Positions 18,286 through 29,012 of a stretch of DNA of 64,000 nt are shown piece after piece. Location of the stretch: NCBI GenBank assembly GCA_016191465.1, contig JACPOP010000008.1:303571-367570 (forward strand). The letters run 5' to 3'. Position 1 is the stretch's first letter. The number at the start of each line of letters is the position of its first letter. The notes under the pieces were generated by a model, which ran no database searches, was not told the DNA's origin, and saw nothing but the letters and a program-made list of their open reading frames with translations. The translations under genes were made by a program, and so were the position numbers. The DNA is from Chloroflexota bacterium. GTDB taxonomy: Bacteria > Chloroflexota > UBA6077 > CF-72.

Positions 18286-19062
18286 TCACCACGCGCCCGA
18301 TTGGACGCGGCCACCGGCGGCACGGACACGCTGCTCTACCGCCCGGTGCGCGTCATCCTCCAGGCGGTCGTCCAGGGCCGGCAGAGCAACTGACGCGCCG
18401 GTGCGGCGACGCAGCGCAATGGCCAGCAACCGGTCCGCCAGCCACGGGTTTTTCGGCAGCAGCGAGCCGTGCAGGTAGCAGCCGTAGGCGCCGCGGTAGA
18501 CCGCGCCTTCCGTGCGATCCTCGCCGTTGTTGCCGGCGCCGACCAGCACCTTCCCCAGCGGGCGCACGCCATCTCCCAGGTAGGTACATCCGGAATGGTT
18601 CTCAAAGCCCACCAGCGTGCGGGACTCGCCATCGAGGTCCGTCTCGACAAGCGCGTTGCCGATGTGCCGGCGGGGCCCTGGTACGGAGCGAATGTCAAAC
18701 AACCCCGCGCCAGGTAGCTCCTGGCCGTCGAAGGTGGTGTAGGTCCTCCCCAGCAACTGGTATCCGCCGCAGATGGCCAGCAGCGCCGCGCCATCCTCGA
18801 CGGCTTCGATGGTCGCTTCACCCTTCTCGCCGACAAAGTCCTTTGAGACGACGGCCTGCTCGCGATCCTGACCGCCACCGAAGAAGATCAGGTCCGCCTC
18901 GTCGGGGTCGAGCCGGTCGCCGACGGTGACGCCCGTTACGTCAACCTCGATACCGCGCCACTGCGCCCGCCGCACCAGGGCAAGGATGTTGCCTCGATCG
19001 CCATAGACCGACATGAGGTCCGGGTACAGGTGCACGATCCGAAGCCGGGGCGGGAGGGTCAC
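18286..19062 (-). CDS. gatD: Lipid II isoglutaminyl synthase, glutaminase subunit (CobQ-like class I GAT)
   Basis: HLYPDLMSVYGDRGN, FFGGGQDREQ, AICGGYQLLG, GFENHSG and CYLHGSLLPKNP; directly downstream of murT. Confidence 0.88.
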   Translation of the reverse strand: MTLPPRLRIVHLYPDLMSVYGDRGNILALVRRAQWRGIEVDVTGVTVGDRLDPDEADLIFFGGGQDREQAVVSKDFVGEKGEATIEAVEDGAALLAICGGYQLLGRTYTTFDGQELPGAGLFDIRSVPGPRRHIGNALVETDLDGESRTLVGFENHSGCTYLGDGVRPLGKVLVGAGNNGEDRTEGAVYRGAYGCYLHGSLLPKNPWLADRLLAIALRRRTGASVALPALDDRLEDDAHRAVEQRVRAAGGRVQSGAW

Positions 19063-19067
19063 GTGAT

Positions 19068-20465
19068 TCAGTCCTCCCAGAACCCGCGGACATAGCCGGT
19101 CTGGCGCAGCACGTCGCGAACGGCGAGCATGGCCGTATAGGTCGGCAGAGCGTAGACGGTCTCGCCCTCTTCCGCGGCCTGCAGCGCGATCTCCAGCGCG
19201 GCGCGCACGTCGTTTTCGACCCTGATCCGCTCAGTGGGTACGCCCGCGTATTTCAGTCGAACGCTCATGTCCTCGGCGCGTATTCCCGAACAGACCGCCA
19301 GATTCACCCGATCGTCCGCGAGGCTCTCGAAATCCACGTCCCACAGCCACGAGATGTCCGTTCCATCCGCGAACTGGTCGTTGATGACCAGGAGGAGGGT
19401 CCTGCGGCCGGGCTGCTGCAGAATAGTGCGCAGCACCTCGGTGAAACCCACCGGGTTCTTCACCAGCGCCAGGTACAGCTCACGGCGCTCGATGGGGATG
19501 CGTTCAAGCCGCCCGAAAGCGGCGGTGAACGTTTCGAGGCCGCGGCCAATGGTTGCCGGCGCGACGCCCAGCGCCAGGCAGGCCGCGGTGGCAGCGAGCG
19601 CGTTGTAGACGTTGTAGAGCCCGGGCAGCTTGAACTCGGCCGTGAAGCCGCCGCGCGGGGTCCGGAACGTGAGCAACGATCCCGCGTCCCCCTGGGGGTC
19701 CACCCGTGTCACCGCCACGTCCGGAGTTGGGCGGGTGAAATCGCCAGCGGTACACCTGAACCAGCCCAGGTGCCCGTAGAACGCCAGGTCGTAGGCCATC
19801 GCGGAGCCACACCGTGGGCACAGGCGCGCATCCACCGCGTGCGGCAGGGTGGGTGATCCCGCGGACCGGTCGACGACCCCGTACGTCAGGAGCCGTGGCC
19901 CACGCGCATGGTCCACCAGGCCATACACCAGCGGGTCATCGGCGTTCACGGCAAGCGTCGTGGCGGCTCCTAGCCGGGCCACCGCCTCCTGCCAGATTCC
20001 GGCCACGAAGTGGACTTCGCCATAGCGGTCGAGCTGGTCGCGAAAGATGTTGAGGAGCAGCAGCACGCGCGGCTCGATGTGCCGCAGCGCGCCGGGCAAC
20101 GTGGCCTCGTCCACCTCGAACAGCCCCACGTCGGAGCGCGGCCGGCCGAAAAACGAAGCGTCCTGCACCACTGCCGAGAAAAGCCCTGTCAGCAGGTTCG
20201 CACCGGCGCGGTTATGCACCGGGTGGTGGCCCGCCTGGCGAAGGATGTGCGCGATCAGCCGCGTGGTCGTGGTCTTGCCGTTGGTGCCAGAGACCACGGC
20301 ACTGCCGAGGGGGAGCTGTCGGGTCAGATCCCGCAGAGCGCGGGGCGCCATCCGGGGGACCAGGTGGCCGGCAATCACGGTGCCCCCACCCCGCCCCAGG
20401 CGGCGGCTGAGAGCGGCCGCTCCACGCCCCGCAAGCAGGGCTGCGCTCAGTCTCGGGCTCGGCAT
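19068..20465 (-). CDS. murT: Lipid II isoglutaminyl synthase, Mur-ligase subunit with DUF1727
   Basis: SGTNGKTTT, NRAGANL, EVDEA, NIFRDQLDRYGE, a CPRC...C zinc ribbon, LVKNPVG and DGTDISWLWDVDFE. Start moved to ATG 20465. Confidence 0.88.
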   Translation of the reverse strand: MPSPRLSAALLAGRGAAALSRRLGRGGGTVIAGHLVPRMAPRALRDLTRQLPLGSAVVSGTNGKTTTTRLIAHILRQAGHHPVHNRAGANLLTGLFSAVVQDASFFGRPRSDVGLFEVDEATLPGALRHIEPRVLLLLNIFRDQLDRYGEVHFVAGIWQEAVARLGAATTLAVNADDPLVYGLVDHARGPRLLTYGVVDRSAGSPTLPHAVDARLCPRCGSAMAYDLAFYGHLGWFRCTAGDFTRPTPDVAVTRVDPQGDAGSLLTFRTPRGGFTAEFKLPGLYNVYNALAATAACLALGVAPATIGRGLETFTAAFGRLERIPIERRELYLALVKNPVGFTEVLRTILQQPGRRTLLLVINDQFADGTDISWLWDVDFESLADDRVNLAVCSGIRAEDMSVRLKYAGVPTERIRVENDVRAALEIALQAAEEGETVYALPTYTAMLAVRDVLRQTGYVRGFWED

Positions 20466-20547
20466 CAGGGCGTTCGGGCGATCCTCGCACGGATTATGCC
20501 CGGCGTCGCTGGCCCTGTTCCTGCAACCCGTTCCGTGAGATACGTCA

Positions 20548-21567
20548 ATGGCAGTCCAGCACCGAAATGACCGAGCCGAATCGAGCGAGCATGCCGCTCC
20601 CGTCTCGATCGGGAAATACCTGGTGAATGCGGCCGTTGGAGCCATTGGTATCTCCGGACTTGCCGCGGGGCTGATTGCCGGCGTTGGCGGGGTCGTCGCC
20701 TACGCCGCGGCCAAGCCCAGGCCCGTGTGGGGCACGGACGATCCACCCGAGGGAACCTTCGAAGAGATTGAATTCCCCAGCGCGGAGGACGAGACCAGGA
20801 TCTGCGGCTGGTTCTTCCGTGCCAGCACCGATCAGCCCGCCCCGGCGATCATCATCTGCCACGGCGCCTGGACGGGGCGACGAGAGTGCACCCCGCTGGC
20901 GCTGCGCTTCCGCGATGCCGGCTATCACGTGCTGACGTTCGATTTCCGTGCCCACGGGATGAGCGAGGGCCGCTATATCACGGTCGGCCATCACGAGATG
21001 AAGGACGTCCTGGGCGCCGTTGACTACCTCCTTCAGCGCAACGAGGTGGACGCCTCCCGCATCGCGACGATCGGCTTCTCGATGGGTGCCGCGTCGAGCC
21101 TGCTGGCGGCTGCCCGATCGCCCCACATCGCGGCCGTCGTCGCGGATAGCGCCTATGCAGACTTCTGCGACGCGGTGAGCTACAGCTTCCATCAGGTGGG
21201 ACGGCTGCCCGCCTATCCATTCGCTCCCGTCGCGCTGCTGTGGGGCCAGTTCCTGGTCAAGGTCGACGCGCGGGCGCTCCGTCCGGTGGATTCCGTGGGC
21301 CAGATCACGCGACCGGTCCTCTTCATCCACGGCGCCGATGACGAGATTGTTCCGACCCGTCAGGCCCAGATGTTGTTCGATGCTGCCGGCGGGCCGAAGG
21401 AGCTGTGGCTTGTCCCCGGAGCACGCCACGTCGGCGCCCGCGACCAGGGGCTGGATGCCTACTACGAGCGGATCGCGCGGTTCCTGGAGGATGCGCTCAG
21501 GCTCCGGCCAATCCCGCTGCGTGGCCGCCGGGCCAGTGGACGTGCGGCTCATCGACGCGCCGCGTGA
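20548..21567 (+). CDS. Membrane-anchored alpha/beta hydrolase
   Basis: N-terminal hydrophobic helix, CHG, FDFRAHGMSEG, nucleophile elbow GFSMG, HGADDEIVP and GARH. Confidence 0.85.
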   Translation: MAVQHRNDRAESSEHAAPVSIGKYLVNAAVGAIGISGLAAGLIAGVGGVVAYAAAKPRPVWGTDDPPEGTFEEIEFPSAEDETRICGWFFRASTDQPAPAIIICHGAWTGRRECTPLALRFRDAGYHVLTFDFRAHGMSEGRYITVGHHEMKDVLGAVDYLLQRNEVDASRIATIGFSMGAASSLLAAARSPHIAAVVADSAYADFCDAVSYSFHQVGRLPAYPFAPVALLWGQFLVKVDARALRPVDSVGQITRPVLFIHGADDEIVPTRQAQMLFDAAGGPKELWLVPGARHVGARDQGLDAYYERIARFLEDALRLRPIPLRGRRASGRAAHRRAA

Positions 21568-23900
21568 TCGGGCCGGCGCCCACGACGTGGGGCCCAGCGG
21601 CTCACGCGGCGGCGTAACAACGCCCGGGTGATCATCGAACGCGCCGCGACCCACGTCGGCCATGGATCCTCGGCGGCGGCGGCGGATGGGCCATACGTTG
21701 CACGCGCATATGCATCCGCCAGGCGGCCGATGGGCTCGGCCGCCTCGGGTATGGCGCTGCCCAGGTCGCGGGCAAACTCGGCGGGCGTCTGGGCCGCCGC
21801 GGGTGGACGTCCCGTCGACCAGTGCACCAGGCGCAAGAGCTGCGCGTAGGGTCGCCTGGGGGCGTCCAGGTGGGCCACTCCGCGCTGCCACGCCAGACGT
21901 ACCAGCAGCGCAACGAGTGCCGCCAGCAGGAAGAGCACGAGCACGGGCACGCCCAGCGCCACAATCCAGGTGGCGGTTCCCGGGCGCGAACCGTCCGGGC
22001 TGGCGCCATCGGGTGGTTGAGGAAGGCGACCCTGGGAGTCCTGGCTGGCGCTGGGAGGAACCGCCGGCTGAGCCCGGGAGTCTGCCGCCGATGGCGTCGG
22101 CAGCGCGACCGGGGCCTCCACCCGCTGGGGTACGCCGCGGATGGAGGACGGCTCGAATGTCACCCACCCGTACAGCGGGAAGTACACCTCCACCCAGCTG
22201 TGGGCATGGTTCTCTCGAACGATCCAGCGATCGGTCTGGGGATCGTAGTCACCCGGTGCAAAGCCTGATGCCACGCGGGCAGGCACGCCCTGCGTGCGCA
22301 GCATCACCACCATCGCGGCGGCAAAATAGTCGCAGTACGCCTCCTTGAGGTCAAACAGCATGTAGTCGACCCAGTCGCGGCCTGGCGGAGGTGGGACAAC
22401 GTGCGTGGAGTAGCCGAACGTCGTTCGGAGATAGGCCTCGATTGCGACCGCGCGGTCGTAGGGGGAGATCGCTTCGCCCGTGATTTCCCGGGTCTTCTCT
22501 GCAACCCGCGCTGGCAGACGGCGGCCCGGTAGCTGCAAGTAGCGGTCGCGGATCCATGCCGGATACTGCTGGCCCGCCGCGCGAAGCTCCTGGACCGAGG
22601 CGAGGCTGGCCGCGGACGTGACGGTGTACGTCTGGCCTCGCAGCAGCGGCGCGTCTGGACGCAGGGTGGCAACGTCGGGCGCTCCCGCGCTCTCGGACGA
22701 GCGCGCGTCGAGACTGGTGGGGATGCTGACGCGGACCGGCGCCTCTGGTGCAAATGCCACGGCCGAACGGCTCGCCACGATGCGGATCTGGGCGTCTAGC
22801 AAGGTGCGGGCCTCCGGCAACAGGTCTTCGGCCAGGAGCGAGGCCCCGGCGGGGAAGCTGGTGGAGGTGGTCTCCGAGCTCGTCATCGCCTGCCCCGTGT
22901 ACCGATCAGCCGTGGTCGCGCGCCAGTACCGCGGCACGCTCGACTGGGCCTCGAACACGATGGCATCGCCGAGGTCAAAGGCTCCACGCGGTGCCAGCGA
23001 GCTCCCAAAGTTCAATCCCCGTTGGGCGCCCTCCGAGCCATTCACCGAGGCGAAGAGGCGATCCAGCCCGCGCTCGGCGAGCCGCCACGGCGTGGCGGCT
23101 CGTTCGAAGGCACCGGAGACCTCGATGGACGAGCCGCCGGGCGGGAGCGCCCACGCGAACCCAGCAAGCACCACGCTGCTCGCCACGGCGCCCAGGGCAG
23201 CGGCAGGCCAGACACGCCGCTCGACGGGCAGGCGCACCGCCTGCCACAGCTCGCCGCGCCTCCGAAGCTGAGCAAGCGCCACCATCACGAGGACGGCCGC
23301 GAGAAACGGTAGGAGACTGCCGGCCAGGGCGGGCGGCGCGTAGGACAGGTTCATGAGCAAGGCCACCGCGTTCGAGGCGGCCGCCAGCCAGGGCGCGCCG
23401 GAGCGGAACACGAGGAATGCGCTGACGTACCCGAGGAGCCATGCCAGCCCCCCCATAGCCAGGGCGAAGACGAGACCGTCCGCCGAAGCCCCTCCGTTGC
23501 GTGCGATGTCGAGCCACGCTCCAAGGCGAAGGGCAAGCCACGTGACGTTGTCCTGGAGCCCCGGACCTGGGCCAGCCTGCGCATAGAGGCCAGCCAGCAC
23601 CTCAACCCCAAACATGAGCGCCATGAGGTGCGTCACCGCGGCCGGCAGCACCGTCCGGGCCAGTACGTAGCCGGCCAGCACTCCCAGCCAGACCGCGGGC
23701 AACAGCCAATCCAACGACTCGCTCCACCGCGCCTGCTGAACAGAGCGGGGCGCAAAGCTCACCACCGCCCCCAGGGCGAACAGAACCGCCAGGTCGAACC
23801 ACCCGAAGGGCCACCGCGGGCCACGTCCGGCTGACCGAGAAACGCGCGGGGCTCGGCCGCTCGCCCAGCTCCAGTGCAGGCGCTCAGCCACGCGGGCCAC
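21549..23900 (-). CDS. Membrane transglutaminase-like protein (TgpA-like, DUF4129 C-terminus)
   Basis: Multiple N-terminal TM helices, YWRATTADRYTG, YCDYFAAAMVVMLR..GVPARVASGF, HAHSWVEVYF, GWVTFEPS and QTPAEFA. Start approximate. Confidence 0.85.
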   Translation of the reverse strand: MARVAERLHWSWASGRAPRVSRSAGRGPRWPFGWFDLAVLFALGAVVSFAPRSVQQARWSESLDWLLPAVWLGVLAGYVLARTVLPAAVTHLMALMFGVEVLAGLYAQAGPGPGLQDNVTWLALRLGAWLDIARNGGASADGLVFALAMGGLAWLLGYVSAFLVFRSGAPWLAAASNAVALLMNLSYAPPALAGSLLPFLAAVLVMVALAQLRRRGELWQAVRLPVERRVWPAAALGAVASSVVLAGFAWALPPGGSSIEVSGAFERAATPWRLAERGLDRLFASVNGSEGAQRGLNFGSSLAPRGAFDLGDAIVFEAQSSVPRYWRATTADRYTGQAMTSSETTSTSFPAGASLLAEDLLPEARTLLDAQIRIVASRSAVAFAPEAPVRVSIPTSLDARSSESAGAPDVATLRPDAPLLRGQTYTVTSAASLASVQELRAAGQQYPAWIRDRYLQLPGRRLPARVAEKTREITGEAISPYDRAVAIEAYLRTTFGYSTHVVPPPPGRDWVDYMLFDLKEAYCDYFAAAMVVMLRTQGVPARVASGFAPGDYDPQTDRWIVRENHAHSWVEVYFPLYGWVTFEPSSIRGVPQRVEAPVALPTPSAADSRAQPAVPPSASQDSQGRLPQPPDGASPDGSRPGTATWIVALGVPVLVLFLLAALVALLVRLAWQRGVAHLDAPRRPYAQLLRLVHWSTGRPPAAAQTPAEFARDLGSAIPEAAEPIGRLADAYARATYGPSAAAAEDPWPTWVAARSMITRALLRRRVSRWAPRRGRRPDHAARR

Positions 23901-25095
23901 GTCCGCCCACCGGAGCCGCGAGTGCGCCCTGCAACGGTTGTCCCTGCCGCACCACGTACACCGGGATCCGTGCATCCGTGAGCGCTCCCACGGCCGCGCG
24001 CGGGTCCTCTCCCCGCCCGAAGCTCGAACCGTCGAGGAGCACGACCAGCGTACGGATGCCGCGCGCACCGAGGGTGGTGAGCGTGTGTCCCCAATTGCTG
24101 TCAGTGGACGGTGTGACGGCGATTACCGTCGAAGCCCGCGCGAACCTCCCCATTTCGGCAGTGAGCAGTGCCGAGAGGCGAAGGCGACTCGTTGCGCGAA
24201 CGACCGCCAGCACTTCGAGGATCCGGTCGAGCTGTCGAGGACCGCGGTCGGACGGCAATGTGGCCGTCTGACACAGCAACCCGACCGACCGACCCGCGTC
24301 CAGGAAGTACCGTGCAAGCGAAGCAGCGGCCGTCACAGCGTACTCCTCGGTCGATTCGGGACCGCTGCCGGACTGTACGTCGCGGTGCAGGTCCAGGAGA
24401 ATCCACACGTCGGCGGAAGGGTCCAGCTCAAACTCGCGCACCATGATGCGCCCCGTCCGAGCCGTCGTCGCCCAGTGAATCCGATTGAACGGATCCCCCG
24501 GCGCGTACTCGCGTACCGTCGAGACGCTCGGCGTGCTGAACGGCACGCGCACCCCCGCCAGCGAGCCACCAGGCAGGTCGCCTGGTACGCGGCCGATGCG
24601 GGGCAGGCTGACGGTCCTGGGCAGCACGACCACCGCCGCCGAGCCGCTGAGCCTTCGCGATACCCGGAAAAGACCGAACGGATCGGAGCTCGTGGCGATC
24701 ACTGGCCCAAGCACGAACCGGCCCCGCTGCGTGCACTCCGATTCCAGGGTCCAGACGCGTTTCGCATAGGGCGCCATGGACACCACCCGGTCGACCTGGT
24801 GCCCCGGCATCGTCGAGCGATCGTGCAGCTCCAGCCATAATCGCGGCCACCAGGCAAGGGGGCCGGTCGCCTCGAGGACGACTTCCTCCGAGAAGCGGTC
24901 GCCCACCTGCAGCCGGCGCGTCCGGTGGCGCCGCCGCACGACCAGGCCTCTGCCATTCAGCGTCGCCCAGCCCCAGGCCGAGACGATCGTGGCTCCGAGC
25001 GCGTACAACACGGTCCACATCGCCGGCCAGCCGCCGGCCAACGCCACCACCAGGCACAGGATCCAAGCCCCACCGAGGCCGATCAGACGAGACAT
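23884..25095 (-). CDS. DUF58 domain protein (vWA-like partner of MoxR)
   Basis: RGRFVLGP..SSDPFGLF, VREYAPGDPFNRIHWATTARTGRIMVREFE and EEYAVTAAASLA. Confidence 0.9.
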   Translation of the reverse strand: MSRLIGLGGAWILCLVVALAGGWPAMWTVLYALGATIVSAWGWATLNGRGLVVRRRHRTRRLQVGDRFSEEVVLEATGPLAWWPRLWLELHDRSTMPGHQVDRVVSMAPYAKRVWTLESECTQRGRFVLGPVIATSSDPFGLFRVSRRLSGSAAVVVLPRTVSLPRIGRVPGDLPGGSLAGVRVPFSTPSVSTVREYAPGDPFNRIHWATTARTGRIMVREFELDPSADVWILLDLHRDVQSGSGPESTEEYAVTAAASLARYFLDAGRSVGLLCQTATLPSDRGPRQLDRILEVLAVVRATSRLRLSALLTAEMGRFARASTVIAVTPSTDSNWGHTLTTLGARGIRTLVVLLDGSSFGRGEDPRAAVGALTDARIPVYVVRQGQPLQGALAAPVGGRGPRG

Positions 25096-25131
25096 CAGGA
25101 GAGCGTCGTGCCGGACTGAGCAACGGAACGC

Positions 25132-26109
25132 TCAGGCAGCTACCCGATTTCCCGGAACCGGGAGTTGGGCGAGGATTTCGGCGATGACGCCGGCCGCGGT
25201 GGCGTCTCGCATGCGGGCCTCCGGGTTCATGATGATGCGATGGCTCAGAACCGCCACCGCAAGCGCCTTCACGTCGTCCGGGATGACGTAGTCCCGCCCG
25301 CACAGGAGCGCCCGCGCCTGGGCTGCCCGCATCAAGGCCAGGCTCCCGCGCGGGCTCGCGCCGAGGTACACGTCCGGGTGGGACCGCGTTGCCACGCTCA
25401 CGCCGACGGTATAGCGGTGGAGGAGGGCGTTGACGTGGATTTCACGCACGGCCTGCTGGCACCGCGCAAGCTCGGCAACGGTCGCGACCGACTGGATGTC
25501 CTCCAGAGGGTGGCGAAGCGTCTGCGCTTCCAGGACGGCAACTTCCTGCTCGGGCGACGGATAGCCCAGGCGAATGCGCAGCAGAAAGCGATCCAGCTGC
25601 GCCTCCGGCAGCGGAAACGTGCCCTCGTACTCAATGGGGTTTTGCGTGGCGAGCACCATGAAGGGGGTTGGCAGGTGGTACGTCTCGCCGTCCACCGTGA
25701 TCTGGCGCTCGTCCATCGCTTCCAGCAGCGCCGATTGCGTCTTTGGCGTGGCCCGGTTGATCTCGTCTGCAAGCACCACCTGGGCGACGATGGGACCCGG
25801 GCGAAACTCGAACTCCCTGGTCTGCTGGTTGAAGATCGAGACTCCGGTGACGTCACTGGGAAGCAGGTCTGGAGTGAACTGGATGCGCTTGAAGCTGCAG
25901 CCAATGGACCGTGCCAGTGTCCTGGCCAGCACCGTCTTGCCAACGCCGGGGACGTCCTCGATCAGGAGGTGCCCGTGCGCGGCCAGGCCGATGACGGCGA
26001 GCTCAACCTCCTGGCGCTTGCCGAAGACGACCTTCTCGACGTTTTCGCGGATCGACTGGAGCAGATCCGAGGCCGACGTGCCGGCCTGCCCGTTCAGACT
26101 CCGTGGCAC
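25132..26109 (-). CDS. MoxR-family AAA+ ATPase
   Basis: [67 protein letters not shown] and GASPR. Overlaps the secA stop by 16 nt. Confidence 0.93.
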   Translation of the reverse strand: MPRSLNGQAGTSASDLLQSIRENVEKVVFGKRQEVELAVIGLAAHGHLLIEDVPGVGKTVLARTLARSIGCSFKRIQFTPDLLPSDVTGVSIFNQQTREFEFRPGPIVAQVVLADEINRATPKTQSALLEAMDERQITVDGETYHLPTPFMVLATQNPIEYEGTFPLPEAQLDRFLLRIRLGYPSPEQEVAVLEAQTLRHPLEDIQSVATVAELARCQQAVREIHVNALLHRYTVGVSVATRSHPDVYLGASPRGSLALMRAAQARALLCGRDYVIPDDVKALAVAVLSHRIIMNPEARMRDATAAGVIAEILAQLPVPGNRVAA

Positions 26110-28889
26110 TTCTTGAACTTACGGCCTGAGCCACACGGGCAGGGGTCGTTGCGTCCGACCTTTCCGGCCACGGCCGGCGCGGAGACCGCTGCGCCGTTGA
26201 CCGGCGTCCTCCTCGCGGCCACAATGGGGGCAGTGCGTCTGGATTCCGCGTGGTCCACCCCATCGCCGCTGGATACGGTGACAGGCGGGGCCGGTGGTGG
26301 CGGCGGAGCTGCCTGCGCCACCTGGAGGTGATACACGCGCGTCACCGTCTCGGTTCGGATGGCGCCAAGCAGGTCGTCGAACATACGCGCCGCTTCGACC
26401 TTGTACTCAATCAGTGGATCACGTTGGCCGTAAGCGCGCAGGCCAATTCCGGTGCGCAGATCGTCGATCGCGGTCAGGTGCTGCGTCCACAGCCAATCGA
26501 TTACCTTGATGATCAGGTAGCGCTCCCAGCCCCGCATGATCTCGGGGCCGATCTCGGCCTCCTTGGCGTCGTACGCGGATTCGGCAAGGCCTAGCAGGTG
26601 GTCGACAATCTCCTCTTTGTCCACCAGCGGCTCGATCTCGGCGTCCCAGTCAAAGTCCGCTGGCAACTGGAAGATCCGCTCGACCTGCTCGCGCAGCGCG
26701 GCGGTATCCCACTCCGAGCGGTGCCCGGTGAACACCGCTTCGGTGGCACTCACCAGCGTCTCTTCGACCCACTCCATGACGAGCGACTTGAGCGTCTCTT
26801 CCGAGAGCACCCGATTGCGGTCGCCGTAGATCACGTCGCGTTGGCGGTTCAAGACGTCGTCGTACTCCACGACGTGCTTGCGGGCATCGAAGTTGTACGC
26901 CTCGACCTTCGTCTGCGCGTTCTCGATGGCCTTGGACACCCAGGGGTGCTCCAGCGGAACATCCTCCTCGAGGCCGAGCCGATCCATGAGCCCGGCGACC
27001 GTCGAGCCGCCGAAGCGGCGCATCAGGTCGTCCTCAAGCGACACGAAGAAGCGCGATGAGCCTGGGTCGCCCTGGCGCCCGGAGCGGCCGCGCAGCTGGT
27101 TGTCAATCCGACGTGCCTCGTGGCGCTCGGTGCCGAGCACGTGCAGTCCGCCGAGGAGCCGCACGCGGTCACCGTCCCGCTCGCACAGCGCGGCGGCCTC
27201 ACCCAATGCCTGGTGACGCTGCTCACGCGTCGCCTCGACCGGGTCGATGCCGCTCTTGTGGAGGAATTCGTCCACCATGCCGTCGGCGTTCCCGCCCAGC
27301 AGGATGTCCACGCCTCGCCCGGCCATGTTGGTCGCGATGGTCACCGCACCCGGTCGGCCGGCCTGGGCAATCACCAGCGCCTCTCGCTCGTGCTGCTTGG
27401 CGTTGAGCACCTCGTGCGCCACGCCCTTTGCGGCCAGCGCTTTGCCAAGCGCCTCGGATTTCTCCACCGAGGTCGTGCCCACCAGCACCGGCCGGCCCGT
27501 CTGGCTGAGATCCGCGATCTCCTCGATCACCGCCTCGAACTTGGCGTGCTCGGTCTTGTAGACCAGGTCCGCCATATCCTGCCGAACCATGGGCCGGTGG
27601 GTCGGGATCTGGACCACGTCCAGGTTGTAGATCTTCTGGAACTCGTCCCGCTCGGTCCACGCGGTGCCCGTCATACCCGAGAGCTTCTCGTACATACGGA
27701 AGTAGTTCTGGAACGTGATCTGTGCCAGCGTCACCGTCTCGCGCTGGATCTGCACGCCTTCCTTGGCCTCGATCGCCTGGTGCAAACCTTCGGAGTAGCG
27801 GCGGCCGGGCTGTAATCGGCCCGTGAACTCGTCCACGATCACGATCTCGCCCTGCTCGGTCACGATGTACTGATCATCCAGGTGGAAGATGAACTGCGCC
27901 TTGAGCGCATTGTCCAGGTACGGGGTCAGGTGAGAATTCGCGGGGTCGTAGATGTTCTGAATGCCGAGGGCCCGCTCGACCCTGTCGATGCCCTTCTCCG
28001 TGAGCGTGACGATGCGGTATTTCTCATCCACGATTGCATCGGCGTCCGGGTCCTCATCAAACCCTTCGGGAGCCTTTGGCACGGCAGAGAGCGTCGGCGC
28101 GATCCGGGCGAACACTTCGTACAACTGGTTCGCCTCCTCGGCGGGCCCAGAGATGATCAACGGTGTCCGCGCTTCGTCGATCAGGATGTTGTCGACCTCG
28201 TCGACGATCGCGAAGAACAGCGGGCGCTGGACCTTGTGATCCAGCGACTCGGCCATGTTGTCGCGCAGGTAATCGAACCCGAACTCGTTATTGGTGCCGT
28301 AGGTGATGTCGGCGTAGTAGGCGTCACGCCGAGGGGTGGGGCGCCAGTGGCTCAACCGCTCATCCTGGTGCTGGCCGGCATCTTCGAAGGTGGGGTCGTA
28401 GATCCCGCCGAACTCATGCGCGATGACCCCCGTGCTGAGCCCAAGCGCGGAATACACCGGGCCCATCCAGCCGCCACCCAGCCGTGAGAGGTAATCGTTT
28501 GGAGTGACGAGGTGAGCACCCTGGCCGGCAAGCGCATTCAGGTACAGCGGGAGCGTGGCGACGAGTGTCTTGCCTTCACCCGTGCGCATCTCGGCGATCC
28601 GTCCGGAGTGGAGCACCGCGCCGGCTTGCAGCTGCACGTCGTAGTGCCGTTTGCCGATGGTCCGCCTGGCCGCCTCGCGCACCGCGCCGAATGCCTCGGG
28701 TAGCAAATCGTCCAAGGTTTCCCCCGCCAGGAACCGGCCGCGAAACTCGGTGGTCTTGTCCCGCAGCGCGTCGTCGGAGAGCGCCTTGAACTCGGCCTCG
28801 AGGCCGTTGATACGCTCGATCGTCGTGTCGAGCCGTTTGATCTCGCGCTCGGAGGGGTCACCGCCGAGCTTGGTCAGCCACTTGAACAT
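26094..28889 (-). CDS. secA: Preprotein translocase subunit SecA
   Basis: [56 protein letters not shown] and a SEC-C motif [14 protein letters not shown]. Confidence 0.98.
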   Translation of the reverse strand: MFKWLTKLGGDPSEREIKRLDTTIERINGLEAEFKALSDDALRDKTTEFRGRFLAGETLDDLLPEAFGAVREAARRTIGKRHYDVQLQAGAVLHSGRIAEMRTGEGKTLVATLPLYLNALAGQGAHLVTPNDYLSRLGGGWMGPVYSALGLSTGVIAHEFGGIYDPTFEDAGQHQDERLSHWRPTPRRDAYYADITYGTNNEFGFDYLRDNMAESLDHKVQRPLFFAIVDEVDNILIDEARTPLIISGPAEEANQLYEVFARIAPTLSAVPKAPEGFDEDPDADAIVDEKYRIVTLTEKGIDRVERALGIQNIYDPANSHLTPYLDNALKAQFIFHLDDQYIVTEQGEIVIVDEFTGRLQPGRRYSEGLHQAIEAKEGVQIQRETVTLAQITFQNYFRMYEKLSGMTGTAWTERDEFQKIYNLDVVQIPTHRPMVRQDMADLVYKTEHAKFEAVIEEIADLSQTGRPVLVGTTSVEKSEALGKALAAKGVAHEVLNAKQHEREALVIAQAGRPGAVTIATNMAGRGVDILLGGNADGMVDEFLHKSGIDPVEATREQRHQALGEAAALCERDGDRVRLLGGLHVLGTERHEARRIDNQLRGRSGRQGDPGSSRFFVSLEDDLMRRFGGSTVAGLMDRLGLEEDVPLEHPWVSKAIENAQTKVEAYNFDARKHVVEYDDVLNRQRDVIYGDRNRVLSEETLKSLVMEWVEETLVSATEAVFTGHRSEWDTAALREQVERIFQLPADFDWDAEIEPLVDKEEIVDHLLGLAESAYDAKEAEIGPEIMRGWERYLIIKVIDWLWTQHLTAIDDLRTGIGLRAYGQRDPLIEYKVEAARMFDDLLGAIRTETVTRVYHLQVAQAAPPPPPAPPVTVSSGDGVDHAESRRTAPIVAARRTPVNGAAVSAPAVAGKVGRNDPCPCGSGRKFKKCHGV

Positions 28890-28967
28890 GCGCCGCTCAG
28901 TCTCAGGTAAGTGCGTTCATTCTCTCCCATAACGGGAGCGCCCGTCTGGCATTGCACGGACCGCGCC

Positions 28968-28995
28968 GTGCGCCCGCGTGGACCCGCGGGCGCAC
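28968..28995. terminator. Hairpin between prs and secA
   Basis: gtgcgcccgcg-tggacc-cgcgggcgcac, perfect 11-bp stem; no U-tract. Confidence 0.4.
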
Positions 28996-29012
28996 GAGCG
29001 TCCAGGAGCGGC

